Program-made: the position numbers and the translations under genes | Shown here: one piece after another, positions 1 through 9,311 of the stretch | Position numbering within the stretch: position 1 is the stretch's first letter | How the letters are laid out: every line of letters begins with the position of its first letter | Assembly (NCBI GenBank): GCA_018894435.1 | Contig: JAHIPI010000040.1 | Location: 1 to 61,804, forward strand | Reading direction: 5' to 3' | Origin: Candidatus Omnitrophota bacterium | GTDB taxonomy: Bacteria; Omnitrophota; Gorgyraeia; JAHIPI01 | Length of the DNA: 61,804 bases | The notes under the pieces: model-generated | What the model saw: the letters and a program-made list of their open reading frames with translations, nothing else | What the model was told of the DNA's origin: nothing | The model's database searches: none

Positions 1-5
1 CATTC

Positions 6-341
6 ATGAGGATTTTTGGTCCTCCTACGATTTTAATCAGTTGGCATAGAGGTGGAGATATTGGATACTTCGCACAAATACGAACTTTCACGTGGCCGTA
101 TAGTTGGAAAGGTTGGGCAGGGGGTATATTAATGGGGGCTGGAGGAGTCATGATAGCAGGCTCTTACTATTTCCCACCCATGCTTCCATATGGGGTGTGG
201 GCCTTTGTAACAGGTGCGGGATTTTCTATAACAGATTTAATACAAGGTATTAATGAAGCTTTTCAGACGGGTTCTGACATAGGCGGCATGATAAACGATG
301 TAAATAAAGAAGAGTGGGAGGAAATAGACGGATTGCGTTGA
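6..341 (+). CDS. hypothetical Gly/aromatic-rich membrane protein; frame is open to the window edge, so possibly 5'-truncated
   Basis: ORF track 6..341. No in-frame stop between position 1 and the ATG. Hydrophobic stretches GILMGAGGVMIAGSYYF and VWAFVTGAGFSI. No family recognised. Confidence 0.35.
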   Translation: MRIFGPPTILISWHRGGDIGYFAQIRTFTWPYSWKGWAGGILMGAGGVMIAGSYYFPPMLPYGVWAFVTGAGFSITDLIQGINEAFQTGSDIGGMINDVNKEEWEEIDGLR

Positions 342-367
342 TAGCTAATAATAAAAAGGAGAAATTT

Positions 368-682
368 ATGAACCTTAGTGAATCAGAAAAAGAGTTTTTA
401 AAGAAACGCCCAAGTGCTATAAAAATATATGGAACATTAACTTTTTTGATCATCCTCTTTGGCGTCGTTTATTTTTACTTAATTTTTAATAAATTTATTC
501 CAGCATATACAAAATTATTTGAGAAAGCTCCTCAGGTCAAGGAATTTATCGAGACAGGTATGATTAGCTTAGCACGTATGAACTTAATATGGATATCTAT
601 TTTATGCGGCGTTATAATTGGCAGTTTCTTCGCACAACTTAAAATGGATAAAATCCTTAGAAAAATCGTCAGCGATAAATAA
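368..682 (+). CDS. hypothetical small membrane protein (two predicted TM helices)
   Basis: ATG at 368 lies 6 nt after AAGGAG (356-361). TM-like segments LTFLIILFGVVYFYLIF and LIWISILCGVIIGSFF. No family recognised. Confidence 0.45.
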   Translation: MNLSESEKEFLKKRPSAIKIYGTLTFLIILFGVVYFYLIFNKFIPAYTKLFEKAPQVKEFIETGMISLARMNLIWISILCGVIIGSFFAQLKMDKILRKIVSDK

Positions 683-1166
683 CAAATAACTAGACACGCT
701 ACCTTGCGATATTTGATGCACAACCGCCATTGTACCCCTGAGCAGTTAGTTTCCTATTAATAGAAATAGGGGGCGGGTTTTCACGTCGCAGAGCCGATAC
801 CTCTTAACGTTTGTTAAGCGAACTCGTAATACTTATTTCCGACGAGTTTTAAGCACAAAAAGCACTGAAACACGCCGATATAATTCTGAAACTGGCTTTT
901 TAAGGACACTCTCCGACGAGACGTATTTAACATAATGACGGATTGTCGGACATAGATTTAAAAGTTGTGGCAAATAGTTAGCTGCGACTTGACGACGCTA
1001 TAACTATATAACTAGAAACGCTTTCCAATTCAATCGGGAACTGCTCCCGCGCCACACAGGAAGGTGTGCTTCATAGCCAACCATTTCAGGGTCCTCCTCA
1101 TCAAATAGCTTTAGTTTAGCAAATGATATTGCCATAAGGTATATACCATAAATATACCATAATTTC

Positions 1167-1195
1167 TTGACAACAGACCCCTCTTGTGCTATCCT
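1167..1195 (+). promoter_or_regulatory. sigma70-like promoter upstream of yggS (TTGACA-17 nt-TATCCT)
   Basis: TTGACA at 1167-1172, 17-nt spacer, TATCCT at 1190-1195. ATG is at 1210, so the leader is very short. Confidence 0.5.
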
Positions 1196-1209
1196 AACAA
1201 GCCATAAAA

Positions 1210-1911
1210 ATGATTAAGGATAATCTTAACAGCGTCTGTGAAAGAATCAAGCAAGCGGCTTTGCGTTCTGGCCGAAGAGCCGAGGATATCGTATTGGTTT
1301 GCGTTGTTAAAGAGGCGGATACGGAAGACGTGCGCGAAGCAGCCGCGAACGGCGTTACCGATATAGGCGAAAATACTGTCCAGGCCGCTTTATCAAAATA
1401 TGAATCGCTCGGCGATGCGGCAAATCTGCGCTGGCACTTCATAGGCCATCTTCAGACAAATAAAGCAAAATCCGCCGTAAAGGTATTCGACCTCATCCAT
1501 TCTGTAGACAGCGTTTATCTGGCAGAAGAGATACAGAAAGAAGCCCAGAAGATAGATAAGGTGCAGAGCATACTGTTACAGTTCAATGTATCCGGCGAAG
1601 AAACGAAATATGGCCTACGGCCGGAAGCCGCTAAAGATGTTTTGTTTGCAATCAGCGGCATGAAGAACATAGCGCTTGAGGGCTTGATGGCTATAGCGCC
1701 TTATTCCGAAGATGCGGAAAGTTCGAGGCGGTATTTTAAGCAGTTGAGGGGTCTCGGTGACGCGTTAGCCGGATTCAATTCCGAGAACATTTCTCTCAAG
1801 CACCTTTCAATGGGGATGTCCGGCGATTTTGAGGTCGCCATCGAAGAAGGCGCTGATATTGTACGAATCGGCTCAGCCATATTCTCCGCCAAAGGCGGAA
1901 AAGGAAAATGA
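1210..1911 (+). CDS. yggS: YggS-family pyridoxal-phosphate homeostasis protein
   Basis: LRWHFIGHLQTNKAKSAVKVFDLIHSVDS and a C-terminal SMGMSGDFEVAIEEGADIVRIGSAIF, typical of the YggS/PROSC fold. Followed by proC and yggT as in many bacteria. Confidence 0.9.
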   Translation: MIKDNLNSVCERIKQAALRSGRRAEDIVLVCVVKEADTEDVREAAANGVTDIGENTVQAALSKYESLGDAANLRWHFIGHLQTNKAKSAVKVFDLIHSVDSVYLAEEIQKEAQKIDKVQSILLQFNVSGEETKYGLRPEAAKDVLFAISGMKNIALEGLMAIAPYSEDAESSRRYFKQLRGLGDALAGFNSENISLKHLSMGMSGDFEVAIEEGADIVRIGSAIFSAKGGKGK

Positions 1912-1912
1912 C

Positions 1913-2728
1913 ATGGAAAGAGAAAGAAAGATAGGCATATTGGGTTGCGGCAATATGGGCGAGGCTATTGCCAAAGGCACTATATTTTCCGGCCTTGTAA
2001 ATGCGGGGAGCCTTTATTTATATGATATTGACAAAGATAAAGCGAGGCATGTCGGCGAATGTCTGGATGCCAATATCTCAAATTCTTCTGAAGAGCTGTG
2101 CAATGAATGCAGTGTCATTGTCCTTGCGGTAAAACCGCAGGATGTGGAAGAGGTATTGAAAGAGGTCAACCACGCTATAAACCCTTCGAAGCTATTGGTG
2201 TCTATAGCAGCCGGTTTTACCATTAATAAGATAAAGAAATTTATTAACGATAAGGTGGGGGTTATCCGCGTTATGCCCAATATGGCTCTTTCTGTCAATG
2301 CCAGCGCCTCCGCCATATGCCGCGATGATTGCGTTACAACGGAAGATATGAAATTCGTCAAAACGCTTTTTACGGCTACAGGCGAAGTTGTAGAGGTAGA
2401 GGAAAAGTTTATGGACGCGGTTACGGCCATTTCAGGCAGCGGCCCCGCCTACTTTTTCTATCTGACAGAGATACTTGAGCGCTGCGCAATAGAGATGGGC
2501 ATAGAGAAAGAGAAAGCGAAATTGCTCGCTGTTAAGACTGCGCTCGGGAGCGCACTTTTGCTTGCCGACAGCGATTCACAGGCGGAATCGCTTAGGAAGC
2601 GCGTTACCTCAAAAGGCGGGACTACCGAGGCGGCATTTAAATATTTCGCCGAAAAAGGCTTGGAAAATATACTTAAAGGCGGCATAGAAGCGGCGCGAAA
2701 ACGCGCCAAGGAATTGAGTGAGGGCTGA
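1913..2728 (+). CDS. proC: pyrroline-5-carboxylate reductase
   Basis: Start moved to ATG 1913 (MERERKIGILGCGNMGEAIAKG, Rossmann motif), right after the yggS stop at 1909-1911. C-terminal VTSKGGTTEAAF signature. Confidence 0.9.
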   Translation: MERERKIGILGCGNMGEAIAKGTIFSGLVNAGSLYLYDIDKDKARHVGECLDANISNSSEELCNECSVIVLAVKPQDVEEVLKEVNHAINPSKLLVSIAAGFTINKIKKFINDKVGVIRVMPNMALSVNASASAICRDDCVTTEDMKFVKTLFTATGEVVEVEEKFMDAVTAISGSGPAYFFYLTEILERCAIEMGIEKEKAKLLAVKTALGSALLLADSDSQAESLRKRVTSKGGTTEAAFKYFAEKGLENILKGGIEAARKRAKELSEG

Positions 2729-2730
2729 CA

Positions 2731-3036
2731 ATGTTTATACTGGGAAATTTTTTTATAGCGGTTGCAAAGGTTTTGGACATAATAATTCCACTTGCCTACT
2801 GGCTTATCGTAATAAGGGCTGTTTTGAGCTGGTTTAGCCCTGATCCCTATAATTTCCTTGTGCAGCTTTTATACAAGACTACAGAACCGATTTTGACGCC
2901 GTTTCGGCGCATAATGCCTGCTTACAGTGTCGGGCTGGATATATCGCCTATTTTAGCTATTTTGGCTTTGGTATTTTTGCGATATTTTCTTGTGACGACG
3001 CTATATCAGCTTGGCCGGCATTTTGGTGGTATGTGA
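2731..3036 (+). CDS. yggT: YggT-family membrane protein
   Basis: About 100 aa. IRAVLSWFSPDPYN ... TEPILTPFRRIMP ... GLDISPILA pattern typical of YggT/Ycf19. Confidence 0.85.
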   Translation: MFILGNFFIAVAKVLDIIIPLAYWLIVIRAVLSWFSPDPYNFLVQLLYKTTEPILTPFRRIMPAYSVGLDISPILAILALVFLRYFLVTTLYQLGRHFGGM

Positions 3037-3059
3037 GAATAGAAATATAGGAGGCGAGG

Positions 3060-3923
3060 ATGTCAAAAATAGGCATTATAGGCGGCAGCGGCTTATATGA
3101 CATAGAAGGCATCAAAAATAAGAAGATGAAGAAGCTTTCCACGCCCTTCGGAGAGCCGTCAGATGAGTATATGCTGGGAGAATTAGAGGGAAAGGAAGTC
3201 GTCTTTCTGCCGAGGCATAATAGGAGCCATAGCGTGCTTCCCACCGATCTCAATTACCGCGCGAATATATATGGGATGAAGAAACTGGGCGTAGAAAGGA
3301 TAATATCCATAAGCGCTGTCGGGAGCCTCAGGGAGAACCTGAAACCGCTTGATATGGTAGTGCCCGACCAGTTTGTGGACAGGACCAATCAGGCGAGGCG
3401 TTCTACCTTTTTTGGGGACGGAATAGTAGCCCATGTATCGTTCGCGGATCCCGTCTGCCGCAATTTATGCGATGTCGTGTATAACGCGGGAAAAAAATGC
3501 GGCGCCGCTGTACATAAGGGCGGCACTTATATCAATATGGAAGGCCCGCCGTTTTCTACCCGGGCAGAATCGATTCTCTATAGAAGTTGGGGTATGGATA
3601 TAATAGGTATGACGAATATGGCCGAGGCCAAACTTGCCAGAGAAGCGGAGATGTGTTTCGCGACGCTTGCCATGGTAACGGATTATGATTGCTGGTACGC
3701 CAAAGGCCACGAAGACGTGAACATGGACATGGTAATAAATAATATGAAGAAGAACGTTGAGATGGCAAAGGCTATCATAAAAAAGATAGTGAGCGATATG
3801 CCGGAGGCCCGGGAGTGCGAATGCGGATCAAGCCTTAAACACGCCATAGTAACGCCTAATGATATAATTCCGGCCGATACGAAGGCGAAACTGGATATAA
3901 TCATAGGGAAGTATATAAAATAA
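3060..3923 (+). CDS. mtnP: S-methyl-5'-thioadenosine phosphorylase
   Basis: IGIIGGSGLYD, VVFLPRHNRSH and MTNMAEAKLAREAEMCFATLAMVTDYD. AGGAGG RBS upstream. Confidence 0.85.
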   Translation: MSKIGIIGGSGLYDIEGIKNKKMKKLSTPFGEPSDEYMLGELEGKEVVFLPRHNRSHSVLPTDLNYRANIYGMKKLGVERIISISAVGSLRENLKPLDMVVPDQFVDRTNQARRSTFFGDGIVAHVSFADPVCRNLCDVVYNAGKKCGAAVHKGGTYINMEGPPFSTRAESILYRSWGMDIIGMTNMAEAKLAREAEMCFATLAMVTDYDCWYAKGHEDVNMDMVINNMKKNVEMAKAIIKKIVSDMPEARECECGSSLKHAIVTPNDIIPADTKAKLDIIIGKYIK

Positions 3924-3927
3924 AAAT

Positions 3928-6771
3928 ATGGATTACAAAGATACCATAAATCTGCCGAATACGAATTTTCCAATGAAAGCGAATCTTCCGGGCCGCGAGC
4001 CCGAGATGCTGAAGGCCTGGGAGGATATGCGTATATACGGCCGCATTATGGAAAGAAGAAAGTCCGCCGGCAAAAAATATATCCTTCACGACGGCCCGCC
4101 TTACTCTAACGGCGATATACATATGGGCCATGCTCTAAATAAGATCCTGAAGGATATAGTCGTAAAATTTAATACGATGGCGGGATGTGAGGTGCCGTTT
4201 ATCCCGGGCTGGGATTGTCACGGCCTTCCGGTAGAGCACCAGCTGATGAAGAACTTGAAGATAGAAAAGACTGACATGCCGCAGGTAGAGTTCCGCGAAA
4301 AGGCGCGCGATTTCGCGCTTAAATACGTTAATATTCAAAAAGAAGAGTTTAAACGGCTTGGCATATTTGGCGATTGGGAAAATCCTTATCTTACGCTGAA
4401 TCCTAAATACGAAGCGGCCATAGTGAGGTCATTCGCGAAATTGGTAGAGAAAGGATATGTATATAAGGCATTAAAGCCGGTCAACTGGTGTTTTAAGTGC
4501 GAGACTGCCCTTGCCGAGGCGGAAGTGGAATACGAGTCGCACACATCAGTGTCAGTTTTTGTGAAGTTTAAACTTAAAGACGTTGATAAGTTTAAAAAGA
4601 TGGCTGATAAAACTCCGGTCAACGAGATAAAGAAAGATATATACGTATTGATATGGACTACTACCCCGTGGACGCTCCTCGCCAATGTAGCGATCGCGCT
4701 TTCGTCGTCAATGAAGTATGTCCTTATACAAAGCGGAGATAGTTATCTTATACTCGCGGAAGAATTACTTGATGCGGTCAGCAAAAAAGCCGGCCTGCGC
4801 GATACTAAAGTGCTCGCTTCATTTTACGGAAAAGAGGCGGAGGGGCTCAGTTGCGCCCACCCGTTTATAGATAGAGATTCAAAAATAGTACTAGCAGATT
4901 ACGTTTCACACGAAGAAGGCTCGGGCTGCGTACACACCGCTCCCGGACACGGCGCGGATGACTACGCGACCGGGAAAAAATATAACCTGCCTACTATCAT
5001 GCCGGTAGATTCCAAGGGAAGGTTTGATGATACTGCCGGTGAGTTTGCGAAGATGCATGTCTTTTCAGCAAACGAAAAGATAATAGATAAATTAAAGAAG
5101 ATAGGCGCACTGCTTTATACCGAGCCGATAAATCACACTTATCCCCATTGCTGGAGATGTAAGAACCCCATCATATTCAGAGCGACTGCGCAATATTTTA
5201 TAAATGTGGATCACGAAGGGCTGCGAGAGAAATCAAGCGCGGATATTGAGAACAATGTAAAGTGGCTGCCGCCTGCCGGCAAAGAGAGGATATCGGCAAT
5301 GGTAAAAGCGAGGCCTGATTGGTGCCTTTCGAGGCAAAGATTATGGGGCGTGCCGATCACAGCCTTTTATTGCGCTTCCTGCGAAGAGTTGATTTTAAAT
5401 GAGTTGCTGATACGCCATGCAGCGGACATATTTGAGAAGGAAGGTTCCAATGCCTGGTTCGCCAAAGACGTCAAAGACCTTCTTCCTGAGGGCGTTTCGT
5501 GTAAAAAATGCGGGGGTACCACCTTTACAAAAGAGACGGATATATTGGACGTATGGTTCGAATCCGGCGTTAGCCATCAGGCTGTCCTGAAGCCGCGAAA
5601 CGAATTTCCCTGCGATCTTTATCTTGAGGGAAGCGACCAACATCGCGGATGGTTTCAATCATCTCTCCTTTCCGCAATAGCCATAGATGGTGTACCGCCG
5701 TATAAAATGGTACTTACTCACGGTTTTGTCGTTGACGGCGAGGGGAAGAAGATGTCAAAGTCCCTCGGCAACGTAATATCCCCCGAAGAGGTGATGAAAA
5801 AATACGGCGCTGACATACTGCGTATATGGGTTGCCTCGTGCGATTATAGCGATGATGTCCGCCTGTCCGGCGTAATATTGGAGCGCCTGGCGGAGGCATA
5901 TAGGAAGATAAGGAATACCTGCAGGTTTATATTGGGAAATCTAAGCGATTTTGATCCTGCAAAAGATGTCGTCTCGATAGAAAAATGGTCCGAGAACGAC
6001 AAATGGGCGCTCGGGAGGACATTGTGGCTCTTGGAATCGGCCGAATACAATTTTAGGCAATTTACGTTTCATAAAGCGTTCAGCGCTATTTACAATTTCT
6101 GCGTAGTGGACATGTCATCCATATATCTTGATGTTTTGAAAGATACTTTATATACTGCGGGGAAGAATTCAATTAGAAGGCGCAGCGCCCAGAGCTGCCT
6201 TTTTGAAATAATAAATATCCTTACGAGGGTCATGGCGCCTATCCTGGCATATACTTCTGATGAAGTCTGGAGATGTATCCCACGCCATAAAGGGGAGGAA
6301 AGTATTCATCTTGAAGATTGGCCGGATCTCTTATCTCTGAAGACGGCGCTGAGTCGCCAATTCAGCGAAAAAGATATGAAATTATGGAATGAAAAATTAC
6401 TGCCGTTAAGAGGAGGTGTTTTAAAAGAGCTTGAGGAAGCAAGGACTAAAGGCCTTATAGGCAGTTCCCTTGAGGCTAAGGTCATTTTGTATAGCAGTGA
6501 AAAAGACTGGCAAGAGCTTTTAGATGCGAAGAAACATATTCTTGCTCCGCTTTTTATAGTTTCTTCAGCTGAGATCTCAAAAGAATCCCCCGAATGCGGA
6601 AAGGCCGCCGAGGGTATTCCGGTAGATATTTCGGTTAAAGCGGCGGACGGCGAAAAATGCCAAAGATGCTGGAATTACTCCGCGACAGTCGGTTCGAGCA
6701 AGGAACATCTCACTCTTTGCGCCAAATGCATGGAGGCGGTGAATAGCCCGCTTCTAAATAAGAAAGGATAA
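3928..6771 (+). CDS. ileS: isoleucine--tRNA ligase (type 1, C-terminal zinc finger)
   Basis: HMGHALNKILKD (HIGH), KMSKSLGN (KMSKS), 947 aa, C-terminal CQRCWNY...CAKC. Confidence 0.97.
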   Translation: MDYKDTINLPNTNFPMKANLPGREPEMLKAWEDMRIYGRIMERRKSAGKKYILHDGPPYSNGDIHMGHALNKILKDIVVKFNTMAGCEVPFIPGWDCHGLPVEHQLMKNLKIEKTDMPQVEFREKARDFALKYVNIQKEEFKRLGIFGDWENPYLTLNPKYEAAIVRSFAKLVEKGYVYKALKPVNWCFKCETALAEAEVEYESHTSVSVFVKFKLKDVDKFKKMADKTPVNEIKKDIYVLIWTTTPWTLLANVAIALSSSMKYVLIQSGDSYLILAEELLDAVSKKAGLRDTKVLASFYGKEAEGLSCAHPFIDRDSKIVLADYVSHEEGSGCVHTAPGHGADDYATGKKYNLPTIMPVDSKGRFDDTAGEFAKMHVFSANEKIIDKLKKIGALLYTEPINHTYPHCWRCKNPIIFRATAQYFINVDHEGLREKSSADIENNVKWLPPAGKERISAMVKARPDWCLSRQRLWGVPITAFYCASCEELILNELLIRHAADIFEKEGSNAWFAKDVKDLLPEGVSCKKCGGTTFTKETDILDVWFESGVSHQAVLKPRNEFPCDLYLEGSDQHRGWFQSSLLSAIAIDGVPPYKMVLTHGFVVDGEGKKMSKSLGNVISPEEVMKKYGADILRIWVASCDYSDDVRLSGVILERLAEAYRKIRNTCRFILGNLSDFDPAKDVVSIEKWSENDKWALGRTLWLLESAEYNFRQFTFHKAFSAIYNFCVVDMSSIYLDVLKDTLYTAGKNSIRRRSAQSCLFEIINILTRVMAPILAYTSDEVWRCIPRHKGEESIHLEDWPDLLSLKTALSRQFSEKDMKLWNEKLLPLRGGVLKELEEARTKGLIGSSLEAKVILYSSEKDWQELLDAKKHILAPLFIVSSAEISKESPECGKAAEGIPVDISVKAADGEKCQRCWNYSATVGSSKEHLTLCAKCMEAVNSPLLNKKG

Positions 6772-6773
6772 GT

Positions 6774-7148
6774 TTGATGAAGAAGCCGGAAATGGAAAAA
6801 TTTAAAAAGTTACTGCTCAAAAAAAGAGATGAGTTGATGGTAGATGTCAACCACATTACCGAAGACACCCGCAAAAACTCGCAAAAAGAAGCCTCGGGGG
6901 ACCTCTCGGCTTACAGCCTGCATATGGCTGATATGGCATCCGATAATTATGACCGCGAGTTTTCTCTTAAGCTGGCCTCCGGCGAACGCAACACGCTCTT
7001 GGATATTGACGATGCCCTAAAGAGAATAAAGGATGAGAGTTACGGTACATGTATGTCGTGCGGCAAGAAGATTTCCAAAAAACGCCTTACGGCAGTTCCG
7101 CACGCAAAGCTTTGCATGGCATGCAAGCGGAAGGAAGAGGCGAAATAG
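6774..7148 (+). CDS. DksA/TraR-family C4 zinc-finger protein
   Basis: C-terminal CMSCGKKISKKRLTAVPHAKLCMACK after a coiled-coil region. TTG 6774 and ATG 6777 are both possible starts. Confidence 0.8.
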   Translation: MMKKPEMEKFKKLLLKKRDELMVDVNHITEDTRKNSQKEASGDLSAYSLHMADMASDNYDREFSLKLASGERNTLLDIDDALKRIKDESYGTCMSCGKKISKKRLTAVPHAKLCMACKRKEEAK

Positions 7149-7609
7149 TGAAGTTACGCGCCGCCTTAATAGCCGGCCTTTTGGTGGCAGTTGACCAACT
7201 GACTAAATTTTGGGCATCGATGCACTTGGAGTTGAATAATACCCGACCGCTTCTTAAAAACGTACTTCACCTTACTTTAGTGCGTAACAGCGGCGCCGCC
7301 TTCGGTTTTTTTAAAGAGAGGGCCGCTGTATTTATCTTCATCTCAGTTGTTGCTATACTTCTCATACTTTTTTATGCAAAAAGATTTGAGCGCAATTATC
7401 GTTTCGCGCGGACAGGGCTGCTTTTAATACTTGCAGGTACCATAGGGAATCTGATAGACAGAATCAGGTTCGGATATGTTGTCGATTTTATAGATTTGAG
7501 GATCTGGCCGGTCTTTAATTTTGCCGACATATTTATATCACTAGGCGGATTGCTCTTGATATGTCATATTCTGGTATTCGGCAGGGACAAGCAGCATATT
7601 AAACCCTAA
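7148..7609 (+). CDS. lspA: lipoprotein signal peptidase II
   Basis: Start moved to in-frame GTG 7148, which overlaps the preceding stop by 1 nt. LTLVRNSGAAFGF and VVDFIDLRIWPVFNFADIFIS. Classical ileS-lspA linkage. Confidence 0.88.
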   Translation: MKLRAALIAGLLVAVDQLTKFWASMHLELNNTRPLLKNVLHLTLVRNSGAAFGFFKERAAVFIFISVVAILLILFYAKRFERNYRFARTGLLLILAGTIGNLIDRIRFGYVVDFIDLRIWPVFNFADIFISLGGLLLICHILVFGRDKQHIKP

Positions 7610-7616
7610 AGGCTGT

Positions 7617-8363
7617 ATGCACCCGATATTATTCCAAATAGGTAATTTTAAAATCTATTCCTACGGCGTAATGGTCGCCTTGGGGTTTTTGGCAGCGGTC
7701 TATCTGACGGCCGAAGAAGCAAAAAGAAGAGGTATAAAGCGGGAAAACATTTTAGATATATACCTTTACGCCATTATCTTTGGCATCATAGGCGCAAGAG
7801 CGCTCCATGTCATTTTAGAAATGGATTATTATTTCAAGTACCCGCTTGAAGTGATAATGATAAATCACGGAGGCCTCGCGTTTCAGGGCGGCCTGATTGC
7901 GGGTATTTCGGCGGCGTGCTTTGTTATATCAAGAAGACGCCTTCCTTTATTAAAGACGGCGGACATGATGGTGCCTTATGTTGCCCTGGCGCAGTCCATA
8001 GGCAGAATAGGATGCTTCCTAAACGGCTGTTGCTATGGGGTGGCCTCCGATTCTTTTTTTGCCGTAGCTTTTTCCGGCCAGGGCGAGTGCGAGCATCCGG
8101 TGCAGGTTTACCTTTCTGTGTGCTTTCTCGCCATATTTGTAATACTGAAAAAAATCTATGAAAATAACAAAATAGACGGCGTAGTTTTTGCGCTTTATCT
8201 GGCAATGTTTTCGATCGTAAGTTTCTTTGTGGATTTTTTAAGGGGCGATCTCGCCGTAGTATTTCTTAACTTCAGGGTATCGCAGATTATTTCGCTGGCG
8301 ATATTAATCATTTCACTAATAATGCTGGTTTCTTTAAAATGGAAAACTATACGTTCGCGGTAG
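7617..8363 (+). CDS. lgt: prolipoprotein diacylglyceryl transferase
   Basis: GRIGCFLNGCCYG and the N-terminal HPILFQIGNFKIYSYGVMVALGFL pattern. Confidence 0.9.
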   Translation: MHPILFQIGNFKIYSYGVMVALGFLAAVYLTAEEAKRRGIKRENILDIYLYAIIFGIIGARALHVILEMDYYFKYPLEVIMINHGGLAFQGGLIAGISAACFVISRRRLPLLKTADMMVPYVALAQSIGRIGCFLNGCCYGVASDSFFAVAFSGQGECEHPVQVYLSVCFLAIFVILKKIYENNKIDGVVFALYLAMFSIVSFFVDFLRGDLAVVFLNFRVSQIISLAILIISLIMLVSLKWKTIRSR

Positions 8364-9253
8364 ATCTTGGCGGCGCCGGCGCGAGACTGGATAAGTATCT
8401 GGTTGAACGCTTTCCGAAATTTATGTCCAGGACGCACATACAGCGGCTCATAACCGATAAAAAAGTCCTTGTAAACGGGAGTCCCAGGAATAACCATTAC
8501 AAGTTGGAAAAAGGTGATTTTATAGAAGTGGAAGTGCCTAAAGCGCGGAAACTAGATATAAAAGCCGAAAATATCCCGCTCAAGATCATATATGAAGACG
8601 CGAGATTGATGGTCGTGGATAAGCCCGCGGGCATGGTGACCCATCCGGCGCCGGGAAATTATACGGGCACGCTGGTAAACGCGCTTTTGAATCATACTAA
8701 AAATCTTTCATTTTCATCGGAGATGAAGCCGGGCATCGTCCACAGGCTCGACAAGGATACGTCGGGGCTTATGATAGTGGCGAAAGACGAGTCGTCTCAT
8801 GCGTTTTTAGCCAGACAATTCAATAAGCGTACCACCGATAAGAGGTATACGGCAGTTGTGGAAGGCGTGGTGGAGCTTGATAACGGCATAATATCTGAGC
8901 CGATAGGCCGCCACCCGCGCGACAGAAAAAAAATGTCCGTGAGATTATCGGAGTCGAGGCAGGCAGTTACGCGATACAAAGTTTTGGAGCGTTTTATGAA
9001 TAGCAGCCTTTTAGAGGTGAGGCCAGAGACCGGCAGGACTCATCAGATACGCGTCCACATGGCATATATAGGCCATCCTATTATTGGCGATGCTACCTAC
9101 GGCTCAAAAAAATCCGGCGATCTAATGGGCCGCCAGGCGCTTCACGCATCCAGCATATCGGTTTTTCATCCGGATACAAAGGAAGTAATGAAATTTGAGT
9201 CGAAGCTGCCTGAAGATATGAAAAAGTTGATTGTAAAATTAAGAATGAAGTAG
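8339..9253 (+). CDS. rluD: RluA-family 23S rRNA pseudouridine synthase (RluD-like, S4 domain)
   Basis: HRLDKDTSGL catalytic motif, GRTHQIRVH, N-terminal S4-like RLDKYL. Confidence 0.85.
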   Translation: MENYTFAVDLGGAGARLDKYLVERFPKFMSRTHIQRLITDKKVLVNGSPRNNHYKLEKGDFIEVEVPKARKLDIKAENIPLKIIYEDARLMVVDKPAGMVTHPAPGNYTGTLVNALLNHTKNLSFSSEMKPGIVHRLDKDTSGLMIVAKDESSHAFLARQFNKRTTDKRYTAVVEGVVELDNGIISEPIGRHPRDRKKMSVRLSESRQAVTRYKVLERFMNSSLLEVRPETGRTHQIRVHMAYIGHPIIGDATYGSKKSGDLMGRQALHASSISVFHPDTKEVMKFESKLPEDMKKLIVKLRMK

Positions 9254-9281
9254 TTGCTTTTTTAAAAACATATGGTATAAT
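9254..9281 (+). promoter_or_regulatory. sigma70-like promoter with extended -10 (TTGCTT-16 nt-TGGTATAAT)
   Basis: TTGCTT at 9254-9259, TATAAT at 9276-9281 preceded by TGG. Confidence 0.5.
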
Positions 9282-9311
9282 TATACAAATAACATTTTAA
9301 GGATGGCTCTT

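Noticed and set aside
1004-1135. A 43-aa minus-strand ORF (MAISFAKLKLFDEEDPEMVGYEAHLPVWRGSSSRLNWKAFLVI) in the silent region.
   Set aside because: No SD, no recognisable family, and its stop lies inside the direct repeat. It may be a gene fragment, but the evidence is insufficient to call a CDS.
683-1209. Checked the large non-coding gaps (683-1209, 46623-46979) for tmRNA, RNase P RNA, SRP RNA, 6S RNA and tRNA.
   Set aside because: None of the hallmark segments were recognisable: no tmRNA tag reading frame or 3' CCA-type acceptor end, no SRP GGAA/AGCA domain IV, no RNase P P4 sequences, and no tRNA cloverleaf. A 6S-like rod for 46620-46888 cannot be excluded but is longer than typical.
1829-1912. 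Upstream-extended starts offered by the ORF track: 1829 proC, 7049 lspA, 18677 GGDEF, 27251 pilin 2, 32073 DUF2344, 34081 rplU, 35639 proB, 36753 proA, 57581 pilT2, 9303 coiled-coil protein.
   Set aside because: The extensions overlap the preceding gene or lack an RBS. Internal starts give canonical N-termini (for example [15 protein letters not shown] for L21) with properly spaced SD sequences.
7916-8161. Plus-strand ORFs nested out of frame: 7916-8161, 15787-16026, 22853-23083, 24472-24660, 46477-46743, 47684-47905, 48437-48673, 52984-53184.
   Set aside because: They overlap well-supported genes in another frame. The exception, 46477-46743, runs into the palindromic repeat. All have Arg-rich junk composition and no RBS.
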